Part shown: positions 12,001-24,000 of the stretch, one piece after another | Layout: every line of letters starts with the position of its first letter | Position numbering within the stretch: the first letter of the stretch is position 1 | From: Phoronis australis | Lineage: Eukaryota > Animalia > Phoronida | Direction: 5' to 3' | Length of the DNA: 64,000 nucleotides | Assembly: GCA_002633005.1 (NCBI GenBank) | Contig: NMRA01000690.1 | Coordinates: 68,365 to 132,364 of the forward strand | The notes under the pieces: generated by a model | Database searches by the model: none | The model's input: the letters and a program-made list of their open reading frames with translations, nothing else | Told to the model about the DNA's origin: nothing | Translations under genes and position numbers: made by a program

Positions 12001-15000
12001 AAATGAACTGACAGTGCTGTATTGCTTGAAACTAGATTTGGCTCGACACGTCATTTCACTTTATTTGCTGAGCATAGTCTTTAGCTATAGTGAGCTGCCA
12101 TTTTTCCAAACCCAGAAACCCATTGAGAAACATGTTGAAATCAGATATATAAATTAAATTTAAGTGGTGTCAAAAGCTGAATGCGGGTTTGTGTCCTCTG
12201 TAGTTTGGTCCCATTTGCAAACAAAAGATTTTCTATGTGTAGACCAGGCTTTAACAACAGTGCATTTCACAACTATAGCGAATTCAGTTTCTCCTAAATG
12301 ACAATTGGTAGGTGACTGGTTTCTGTGAATGTTATGTGCTCTGACCTGAGTGTGACATAAGGTTCAGAAGACTGTTAGATGTGGTACCGTTAGTCTCAGT
12401 CTTGTCTTTGCACGTCTCAAATGCTCTCAACAGTGGTTGAACCGTGAAAAGTGGCCTTGTCAAACAATCGCATTCCTCTCCCCTTTTAACAGACACAATG
12501 TGAAACCGGAACGGAAAGAAGCCCTTTGTAAGCAGCTGCATTCCCTGGTGCGGGGCAAGGCCATGGCACTGATCTATACCCATGATGCAACGCGGGCCAT
12601 TCAGTGTCTGATCAAATATGGCAATCAGGAGCAGCGTCAGGCCATCTTCGAAGAGGTCAAAGGTGACTTGCATTTTATTTTGTGGTCTCTTCTCAGGTTG
12701 ATTCATCAGAATATTTTCCATTTCCAAATTAAGTTACTAGATACTGACATTTTGTAGTGGCAGCATTGAGTAAATTTTTTTATTGGGTTACATGTGCAGT
12801 AATATTAATGAAATCTCAAAGTGATGCTAACTATAATAAATAATTCCTGATTTATCGATCACTTTGATTGTCAACTGTCCGTTTTGACTTGTTCAATAGA
12901 CTCCATTGTGGAAATGATGAAGTCGCCGTACGCCCACTTCTGCGTGAAGAAGCTCATCAAATACGGGTGAGTCCTACATGACAACAAAGTTTTACAATTA
13001 CCACCAAATTGGTTTCAAAACTGCTTAAATTTCAATTCTGTGTTTGAACGAGCATTGCCCTACTTGTCTTTTGCTTCTTGAATTTGCGTAGTGGAGTGGT
13101 TGGGGTGTGAATGTGTTGAGCACGCTCATGGAAAACTGTGCTCAACACTGACAAGTTTACCCTGGTTAAAAATTATTTACCTGGTCCTTATATGACACCT
13201 ACAGTAGTTTTCAAAGTGTTACAAAGTATTAGTACACAATACTGCTACTAAATATCCGTTTCTTTTTTTGCTAGAGTCTGTTTCAATTCCATCTATACAT
13301 GTATCTTTACAAAATCTCATGGATGTTACTGCATGCACGTTAACGAAATCGGGTCAACTTACTGGCAAGTCCATTTGTTGGTAAACATTTAGCAGCTAGG
13401 TGAAATTACATTCATTAAACTCTGACAGAAGTTCAATAAAAATGCTTAGCCTATTTCATTGCGACAAAAGTTTTAAATTGCCTAGTTCTGAGAAGTTTAT
13501 CACAACATTTTAACGTCTTCCGTTCCAGTACACAAGGTGTCTCTAAAATGTGCTATAAATACTTCAGTGCAATGCTGAAAGTTAAAATTCAGTTCATGTG
13601 AATAAGGTCCTACTATAGGGTTATGCCTTGCTGTGAAAATAAACGCGCCATCCATCACATGCTCTGTATGCATGCTAGTAGCCTAGAAGTGACATAGTTT
13701 TTGAAAATTAAAACTTGTCTTGCAGTGCTGCTTGTGTATGCACAGTTAATTTCCTTTTATATAATCCTCCTCCCATGTTACGTGCCTTCAACATATAGTG
13801 CATGACAACAAATGGAAACATTCTTAAGAAGACAGGCAGACTTGAAAACTTCCTTCACGAAGAACCGTAACGGGGCTCTCGTGCTTTAGCTCTGGTGTTT
13901 TGTGCAGTGGGCCCAACCATGAGGCCTACGCACGTCTGATGCACCGCAAATGACATCCGGCCTCCTGCACTGTTTTTTTTTTAATGTACAACGCATATAT
14001 TGGTTTGAAGCTTAATTTTTTTATCCCCTTTTTATCAATTTAAACCACTAGTCTCGTTCCCTTGACAATAAACAACGCAATTATTGTCGTTTGACATGCT
14101 AGTACATTTTTGGGACACCCTGTTATTTCTTGTTAGTTTTTGCCGCAATTGCATTCCATTGTTTGGTCGAGCAAATGTCTTATGAATATGGAAACTCGGT
14201 AACTATTTATGAAAATCTTGTAAATTGTATCAAATTTTCATTCATTTGTTTTGAGTTTTGTTTAAAGTGCAGAGTATAGTGTAAGTTTCAGTAGTAACCA
14301 GTTCCTTATACAGCAACGAGATAATGAGCTATGTCTTGTTGCTAGATGGCGCTAGGGTAGTTATTGTACAGTGCACTACATTCTTGTGTGCATTAATGCA
14401 GTGGGATACTTTCCTGCATGTTTTGTCAAATTGTTGTGTGCAGTAAGAAAGTCAGACGATCCACACAAAAATATCCACCACCTCAAAACGTCAGTGAATG
14501 AAGGAAGCTGCGTTTTGTTCTTGTCAACTCAGTCTGTTTCGCACTGCAGAATTAGAAACAGGGTCAAGTAAAAGACGCTTTGTGCTCGCATGACGCCGAA
14601 GAGATGTGTAGATTAGTTGTCCTATCAAAGATGTAGAACTACATGTTCCTAACTATGCTAATGTATAGCAGGAACTAAACGACAAAGCCATTTTAACTTA
14701 ATCTGCACTACACAAAATGTTTTATTCATTGACAACTTGTAAAAGTGAAAACAAAAAAATCTGCAAGTTGGTGACCTTTGCACTAACGACGTACCTCTTG
14801 GGCTCACACAGCTCGCGTCGTGCAGTGTTTATTCCATATCACAATACTTACTGGACACAGTTCAGTGATTTGCGTTGGATCATTTTCACCACAAAACTCG
14901 TTCTCAAAGATCATTTGGCAGTTTTCAACCTACTTCGTATTCACGGCATCGCCAAATGTTGTGCTTTTAACTAATTTGGCTTAGCAATCACAGAGATAAG

Positions 15001-18000
15001 GAATTAGCGTGCAAGTTCCATTTTAATTCGTGATGAGTATCTTTGTGTTTTGTGATTTCCTTCCGCCTCTGTTGTATGGTAATCTTTTGCAGGACAAAAC
15101 CTCAGAAGAATTTTATCATCAAGTCACTTTATGGAAATGTAAGGAGGCTTATTAGACACAAGGTGAGAAATCTTGGCTTATTTTGTTTCCCTCCAGTAAG
15201 TTTATCTCGCAATATACAGTGCAGATAAAATACCATTCTCCTGTTGTGACATCTAATTCTGTTATTGGCANNNNNNNNNNNNNNNNNNNNNNNNNNNNNN
15301 NNNNNNNNNNNNNNNNNNNNNNNNNNNNNNNNNNNNNNNNNNNNNNNNNNNNNNNNNNNNNNNNNNNNNNNNNNNNNNNNNNNNNNNNNNNNNNNNNNNN
15401 NNNNNNNNNNNNNNNNNNNNNNNNNNNNNNNNNNNNNNNNNNNNNNNNNNNNNNNNNNNNNNNNNNNNNNNNNNNNNNNNNNNNNNNNNNNNNNNNNNNN
15501 NNNNNNNNNNNNNNNNNNNNNNNNNNNNNNNNNNNNNNNNNNNNNNNNNNNNNNNNNNNNNNNNNNNNNNNNNNNNNNNNNNNNNNNNNNNNNNNNNNNN
15601 NNNNNNNNNNNNNNNNNNNNNNNNNNNNNNNNNNNNNNNNNNNNNNNNNNNNNNNNNNNNNNNNNNNNNNNNNNNNNNNNNNNNNNNNNNNNNNNNNNNN
15701 NNNNNNNNNNNNNNNNNNNNNNNNNNNNNNNNNNNNNNNNNNNNNNNNNNNNNNNNNNNNNNNNNNNNNNNNNNNNNNTTTTTTCAAATGTGCTTTCCGC
15801 TTTTTTTATAATATTTCCGCGTAAAAAAATCGGATTTGATATAAAATTTCCGCGGCAAATTCCTTTCTTACCGCGGCGTTGCAGACGACGTTCACCTCGA
15901 AAAGCGGAAGTTGCTCTTTATGTTTCGGAGGAACGTAAATTGTCAACATTGCCGGGGCATCTGGGACAGCGTGGTGGGATTTTCAATGGCGTCTCGTGTT
16001 ATTGTTAAGCGCGGCGACAAATACTACCGCTCTGCAGCCAAAAATGTGTGGGTTGGGAGTGGACGTGCGAGCTAAAAGGACGCAGACGCATGCTACTGAT
16101 GGTGGTAACGTTTTTTTGTCCCGATTTTTGTCGAGGACAGGTTCACATCGACCATTCAAGGCTAGTTATCGGGCATGATTTGGGCCGTAAAAGTTTCCGC
16201 GTTTTTTGTCATTGGTCATTCCAAGCCCTGGATGTTGCTGCATGCACGTTAACGAAATCGGGTCAACTTACTGCGCAAGTCCATTTGTTGGTAAACATTT
16301 AGCAGCTAGGTGAAATTACATTCATGAAACTCTGACAGAAGTTCAATAAAAATGCTTAGCCTATTTCATTGCGACAAAAGTTCTGAGAAGTTTATCTGAC
16401 AACAGTTTAATGGCTTCCGTTCCAGTACGCAAGGTGTCTCTAAAATGTGCTAATGCTTCAGTACAATGCTGAAAGTTAGAATTCAGTTCATGTGAATCGG
16501 GTTCTACTGTAGGGTTACGCCTTGCTGTGAAAATAAACGCGCTATCCATCACATGCTCTGTCTGCATGGTAGTAGCCTAGAAATGACGTAGTTTTTTGAA
16601 AATTTAAACTTGTCTTGCAGTGCTGCTTGTATCTGCACAGTTAATTTCCTTTTATATAATCTTCCTCCCATGTTACATGCCTTCAACATATAGTGAATGG
16701 CAACAAATTGAAACATCTGTCTGTTTTCTTAAAGAAGATGGGTAGACTTGAAAACTTCCTTCACTAAGAACCACAACGGGGCTCTCGTGCTTTAGCTCTG
16801 GTGTTTTGTGCAATGGGCCCAACCATGAGGCCTGATGCACTGCAAATGACATCCGGCCTCCTGCACTGTTTTTTTTTTTAATGTACAACACATATATATT
16901 GGTTTGAAGCCTAATTTTTTTATCCCCTTTTTATAAATTTAAACCAATAAATCTTATTCCCTTGACAATAAACAATGCAATTATTGTCGTTTGACATGCT
17001 AGTACATTTTTGGGACACCCTGTTATTTCTTGTTAGTTTTTGCCGCAATTGCATTCCATTGTTTGGTCAAGCAAATGTCTTATGAATATGGAAACTTGGT
17101 AACTATTTATGAAAATCGTGTAAATTGTATCAAATTTTCATTCATTTGTTTTGAGTTTTATTTAAAGTGCAGAGTATGTTTCAGTAGTAACCAGTTTCTT
17201 AAAAACAGTAGCAACGAGATAATGAGCTATGTCTTGTTGCTAGATGGCGCTAGGGTAGGCATTGTACAGTGCACTACATTCTTGTGTGCATTAATGCAGT
17301 GGGATACTTTCCTGCATGTTTTGTCAAATTGTTGTGTGCGGTGAGAAAGTCAGACGATTCACACAAAAATATTCACCACCTCAAAATGTCAGTGAATGAA
17401 GGAAGCTGCGTTTTGTTCTTGTCAACTCAGTCTGTTTCGCACTGCAGAATTAGAAACAGGGTCAAGTAAAAGACGCTTTGTGCTCGCACAACGCTGAAGA
17501 GTTGTGTGTAGATTAGTTGTCCTATAAAGATGTAGTTGCATGTTCTTAATTATGCTAATGTGTAGCAGGAACTAAACGACAACGCCATTTTAACATAATA
17601 TGTACTAAACAAAGTGTTGTATTCATTGACAACTTGTAAAAGTGAAAACAAAAAAATCTGCAAATTGGTGACCTTTGCACTAACGACGTTCCTCTCGGGC
17701 TCACACAGCCCGCGTCGTGCAGTGTTTCTTCCCCATCACCACATCACAATACTTATTGGACGCAGTTCAGTGATTTGTGTCGGGTCATTTTCACCACAAA
17801 ACTCATTCTCAAGGATCATTTGGCAGTTTTCAACCTACTTCATATTCACGTCATCGCCAAATGTTGTGCTTTTAACTAATTTGGCTTAGCAATCACAGAG
17901 ATAAGGAATTAGCGTGCAAGTTCCACTTTAATTCATGATGAGTATCTGTGTGTTTTGTGATTCCTTACGCCTCTGTTGTATGGTAATCCTTTGCAGGACT

Positions 18001-21000
18001 AAACCTCAGAAGAATTTTATCATCAAGTCACTTTATGGAAATGTAAGGAGGCTTATTAGACACAAGGTGAGAAATCTTGGCTTATTTTGGTTCCCTCCAG
18101 TAAGTTTATCTCGCAATGTACAGTGCAGATAAAATACCATTCTCCTGTTGTGACATCTAATTCTGTTATTGGCAAAGATGACTGGTAATAAATATTAGGG
18201 CAGCAAAATTTTAATCAGAGAACGACTTTACCACGTTACTAACTGCCTGTTCATTTCTCTTCGTTATCGGTCATGTCAAGAGGCTACTCTGACCATGCTT
18301 TCAGTTTCGTTCAGTTGTCGTGACGGAGTATTCCGGGTCATTTTGTCTGAATATTTTTGGCTTCTACTGTATCTAAAGTAACCACTGACTGTCAGTTGGT
18401 GGCAGCATTACAGTGCACTGGCTTTGAAATGAACCAACTTCAATTATTCACTTGTAGTTCCTTTGAGAAGATACTGTATGTCACTAAACACCAACTGAGA
18501 TTTCATCGTGGAATCTTTAGCTTGATATGTCTCAAGTGATAGCGTTCTTACGTTCTGTCATCTTCCTCATTTTCAGGTCGCGTCTAATGTGTTGGAGCTG
18601 GCCTACAATGATTACGCCAATGCACAACAGAGAGCATCGCTGGTTGAAGAATTTTACGGCCCATCTTTTGCATTGTTTAAGGTAAGCGTTTGCTGTGCAC
18701 ACCGCTAGTTTGTTTAACCTGCAGTCTGTTGAAAGAGCTGCTCAACTTTTCATGTGCCTATGCTCCTGGGGCACGTGAAAAGTCAGATGACTTAGCTAAC
18801 ACAAGTATTAAATTTAAGTCAATTTTAAGATAAAACTTTAATTTGTCTTACGTCGGTTCCAAGAAAGTGATCTTAACTTGGATGTAAGGTTTTGACTTTT
18901 GTTTTGAGTTCAACTAACTTATTGGATATGAAAGTTTCAAAGTTTGGAAGTTGAGAAAAACCTTAGACATACATCAAAAATGAACTTTAAGTCAGTTTCT
19001 TGGAATGGACCTCTGATAGACATATGATTATATTTCTCAGTTTCTTGAAGTTGCAGTAAAGCACCATCTGTGAAAGAAACTAACTGGTCTCCTCTTGGTT
19101 CCAACTCCTGAAGTGATTTATGTTTTAGAAAAAAACTGAGAGTATGTTATTACCCTCTGTGACAATCTGACTCGAGTTCTCAAGCCACAATGAATTGTCA
19201 CTTCATCCCAAGCCCAGAATTCTCTTATAATCTGAATAAAGAACAAGTTTAGTTTTATAATGGTTATTTGGAGAGGGGAATTTTAGGACCGCGCCCCGAT
19301 TCAATGGCCCATAAAAGTTTTCATTGGTGCCAATTGGCACCTTAGAATTGTGTTAACAATCGCATTGCCATCGCATCTTATTTTGTTGTGCTGTGGAAGT
19401 ATTATTTATTGCATTCAGATTCTGACACAGCGATATAGAACAGCTGATCAAAAGTGATATTTGTGAGCACAACAACTAGGGCAGTAACAATTACAGGCCA
19501 TGCAACTTACTGGGATTGCAGTTGAGCCATTACCACACTGTCTAAAATGACTCCAGAACTGGTATGAATCAAATGTTGTTGTTGTCGTTGTTGTTGAGCT
19601 GAAGACTGGAGACGGGCTTATGGCAGCTTTAAGATGCAGTTTCCACGCGTTTCCGTGCTTTTTGCAGACCAATGAGATCCGCCGACTAGATCAGATTATG
19701 AACTCTGAACCAGCCAAGAGAGACAGTGTTTTGAGCAACTTGAAGGAAGCTTTGGAACCACTGGCGGACAAGTGAGTACAGTGCAAGGAATAATCTTAGT
19801 TGATGTTCGAGGTAGTTCTGGTGTCTCTGTGCTACAACTGTGGTTCAAAGCACCCCCTACAGGAAATAGGAGGTGCTTGTTCCACTAACCTTCATCCCTT
19901 TGCATTAAAGTTGTCGGAAGGAAAGTTCCAAATTTAAACTTAGGTCCAACGCCTAAATACATTAAACAAGCACTGGCCAGTCTTGTCGCCTGCACCCGTC
20001 TGATGAAATTGTTAAACTTTGCCAACAGATGTAGCATTGGCTAACTGTATTTCCTGTGATTTCTCTTACAGGGCCGTTGTGAACCACTCCATTGTCCATC
20101 GGCTGTTTCTTGAATACTTCACCTACGCCAGCCAGTCACAGCGGACGGAGATGATCGAGGGTCTACGGGAGCTGCTTGTGCCCATGATTCACACCCGAGA
20201 TGGCGCTCGCGTTGCCATGTATTGTCTCTGGTACGGCACAGCCAAGGTCCGTGACAGGTCAAGTTATAGTTACTGTAGTTTTTTAAAATATGTTGACAAA
20301 TTTTAATGAAATTCATCTGGCTTTGTCGAAGTTAATTCCAAAACGCAGAAGGAAAGTAGACATAGAATAACGAAATTTGTTAAAATTAGACAAAGATTTT
20401 TGCTTCACCATTTTTGATAGCCCCTCATGCAAAAGTGGAACACTATAAGAACAATTCCTGTATCCATATTGGAGAATAATGCATAGAAGATGGTATCAGA
20501 AAGCTTCATATGAGTCTGAGCAGTTATTCCTGAATCGATGCATTTTCTTGTTAAAGTTCTGTACCACTGCTTTCTCCGACCACACAAAACTATCAAAAAT
20601 TGCGGGCGTTCATAGCAATGGGAGTAGCACTTTAAAATTGGAGCAATTTGGGCGATTATTTCTGCCCAAATTTGACGAGGGTACGTACTATGTTCTTGAG
20701 TGTAGCAGCTGCGTTGTTTGAGTGGCCTGAAGTTGTCTTGTTTGTTGTATGAAGGACCGGAAGGTGATTATCAAGAGTATGAAGACTCACGTGGCGCGCA
20801 TCTGTAAAGACGAACATGGCCACATGGTGTTGTTGGCACTGTTCGATGTTGTCGACGACACGAAGATCGTACAGAAGGCAGTTCTTGAGGTGGGTCTTAC
20901 CTAGGGATGAGACGATACTGATTTTTATGCGACCACATATTTATATGTGGACGCATTATGCCGTCTTCTCCGTCCGGGCGACGTCCGTCTGGCGTCCGCT

Positions 21001-24000
21001 GCTCCAAAACCATTTCACATATGTTCATGAAATTTTGCACGTGTTCCTTTCATAGATGGGACGGCATGACCGAACTTTCAGATGGATCCAACTACCGGTG
21101 TGCCCCCTAGTGGCAATTTTATTTGTTTACGCTTACCTCTATTTCTTCAAAGGTCTTCAGCGTATTTTCATAAAATTTGGCAAGCAGGCATCTATTAGTG
21201 AGGTGATGCTATCCTCTTGTTTTCGGATAGATTTTATGTAATTTGTGCCAACTAGTGGCCATTTTTACTGTTTTCAAGTCTGTTTTAGGCGTCCACCCCT
21301 CTATCAACCAAACCGCTTTAAGGATGATTGTGAAAATTGGCATGTATGTTAACTTTGTACTATAAATTGGATGGCTGATGATGATTTTCCAACTTGGAGT
21401 ACTGTGGCGCCTCCTAGTGGTATTGTTTTTGCGCCTATGGCTGTATCGCCTAAACTGTCTGCAGGATCTTTACTAAATGTAGTAAGTGCATTTATGTGAT
21501 GTTGACAAAGGACGACGACTTTTGGACAGATTTGACTACTGGTGTGCCCCCTGGTGGAAATTTTATTTTTTTACGTTAACCTCTGTATCTTCAACGGTCC
21601 TCGACGTATTTTCAAAAGATTTGGCATACAGGCTTCTGTTAGTGTGGTGACGCTATCTTTCCGTTTTCAGATGGATTCGAATTAGTTTGCGCCACCTAGT
21701 GGCCATTTGTACCATTTTCGAGTTTTTTGGCGTCCACCCCTATATCAACCAAATCACTTTCAGGATAATTGTGAAAATTGGCATGTTTTTACTATGAAGT
21801 GGGCGGCTGACGATGATTTTCTGATGACTTCAGCTACTGTGGTGCCTCCTGGTGGCAGTTTCGTTTTTTTACACCCATGGCTGTATCCCCTAAACTGTCT
21901 GCAGGATCTTTACTAAATTTAACAGGTGTATTTATATGATGTTGATAAAGAACAACGATGACTTTCAGACGGATCTGACTACTGGTGTGCCCCCTGGTGG
22001 CAATTTTAGATTTTACGTTTACCTCTGTATATTTAAGGGTCCTCTATGGATTATCATAAAATTTTGAATTCAGACATCTATTGGTAAGATGACGCTATCC
22101 TCTTGTTTTTGGATGGATCTTTATTAAATTTAGTAAGTGTATTTATATGAAGCTAACAACAGACAATAACGACTTTCAGGCGGATCCAGTGAACACTGTG
22201 CCCCCTAGTGGCAATTTCATTTTATTCTGTTTTCCTTTGTTTTATGTTTTTGCGCCATCTAGTGGCCATTTTTATGACACAAAGAAACAACCCTAAGGCA
22301 CACCGTTTGCGTTGCATTCGTGGGCACATTTCAAGGCTTCGCATTGCTCTTGTTAGGAATTTGGTTATTTTCCATTCGCTTATTGTTCGTCAGATAAATT
22401 AATTTTTTTCTCAAGTATATAAAGTAGTTAACTTGCTGCTCACTCCAATTTTAGTGACAAAATTGTTAAACATAGGGCTCTGAGCTGTTTCTTTGTTCAA
22501 TATCTCAAGAATATTCCCCAAAAGATCTGTAACATTGTAAGACACCTAATGGCAAAAATTGGAACTAAGAGTGGAAATGAACTGGGCCTTGGCGTATCAG
22601 TAGGCGTAAGAGGTTGCGTCTTTAGATGCAAGAACTTGGGAACTAACAACAATTTTGTGTGCTCTATGGTTATGCATGTGCAGTAATCTTTCTCCATATC
22701 ACAATAACATTGCACCATTGTAACAAAAAGCAATTTGTACCTCTGTTTCGTGAAAACTAGGTTAAGACTTGAGACAGAAATTTTGTCTTGAGCAAACATG
22801 CAAGGTGTCTCAAAATTCGCACGTAACTGTTACTGGGTTAATTTCTACAGATTGTTCAATGCTTCGATGCGCTCATAATTTCTTCTCTAAACCTTCATTC
22901 CTAAATTGACCTATCGCCAGGATTTTGAGTGATGGCTTAACTGACCAATCAGAACACAGCATTCTTGACACACCTTCGTTCCCAAGCCGCCATTTTACCC
23001 GACAAACAACACGTTGTCAGGTAAAACTTATTGTTTGTCGACTTTTCGCAAGGGCAAGCTTGGGATAGGTCATTTCTGAAGGAGGAGCGTAAGACCAAAT
23101 TTCCGACTTAAGTTTCAAGTTACTTTTCATTAAACAGACCCCTGGGACCGGTCTCTAATCTTTGTACTCGAAACAAACTCGAAACTATTTTTAGCAATTT
23201 CACTGCTCCTTTTGTGCGAACTTAAGATAATTGGTTGTCAGACTGTGCTCGAATACATTATAGTTTATGCATAGGATTTTTTAGTTCAAGTTTGCCCTTG
23301 AATACCCTTATATTCATGCTACAAACTAGAGTAAAGAAATTTCGAGTTCAAACTCGAACTTATTGCTTTAATATTGGGTTTACAAACTGTGAACTAAGGA
23401 CAATAAATTATCTACGTAAGTTATTGTGTACTCGAGCTTAGAATAATAGACACTTATCTTGATTTCGCCCACAAGTAGAGTAGAAAATGCCAAACCTAAT
23501 TTCGAGTTCCATTTCGAGTAAAAAGATTGGAGACCGGGCCCTGATCTTCTCTTTCCTCGTGTGTAACAAGCTAGCCACTCTAGTACGGCCTCTCCTTAGC
23601 TACACTGGTATGACTTCTCTCTTGCCACACTTGTATGTCAACTTTTTCATGCAGTAGATGGCCTTTCGGTGTACTACAATGCATTTCAATTGAAAACCTG
23701 ATGTCAGGTGGCAAATTTCTTGTAAATCTAGTTTTGTGACGTCTCATAATAGCAGTTACAAGCCATAATGTAAGTGCAAAACACATCCTTGGACTCAGTG
23801 AGGAGAAATTTGTCAGATTATCTGTGTACATGCCTATTTGTTGCTTGTTTGCAGCATTTGAAACGCAAGATGTATTTATATATTACTAGTATGTAATCAG
23901 TCACTAATAAGCCCATTGGGCTGGGTGCATTTTCAAATTCTGAATTAATTGTTTAAATTTAAGCATTTGTCACTTTTATACTACTGCCACCACCACCATC

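Noticed and set aside
14371-14571. 66-aa ORF present twice (also 17269-17469)
   Set aside because: Recurrence is explained by the haplotype duplication; intronic, non-ATG start, no domain
15152-16008. Long ORFs in the ORF track (also 36436-37214)
   Set aside because: Artefacts of translating through N-gaps
15093-18066. Mutually exclusive exon pair in PUM3
   Set aside because: Identical peptides, whole introns duplicated and the break coincides with a gap, so allelic mis-assembly is simpler
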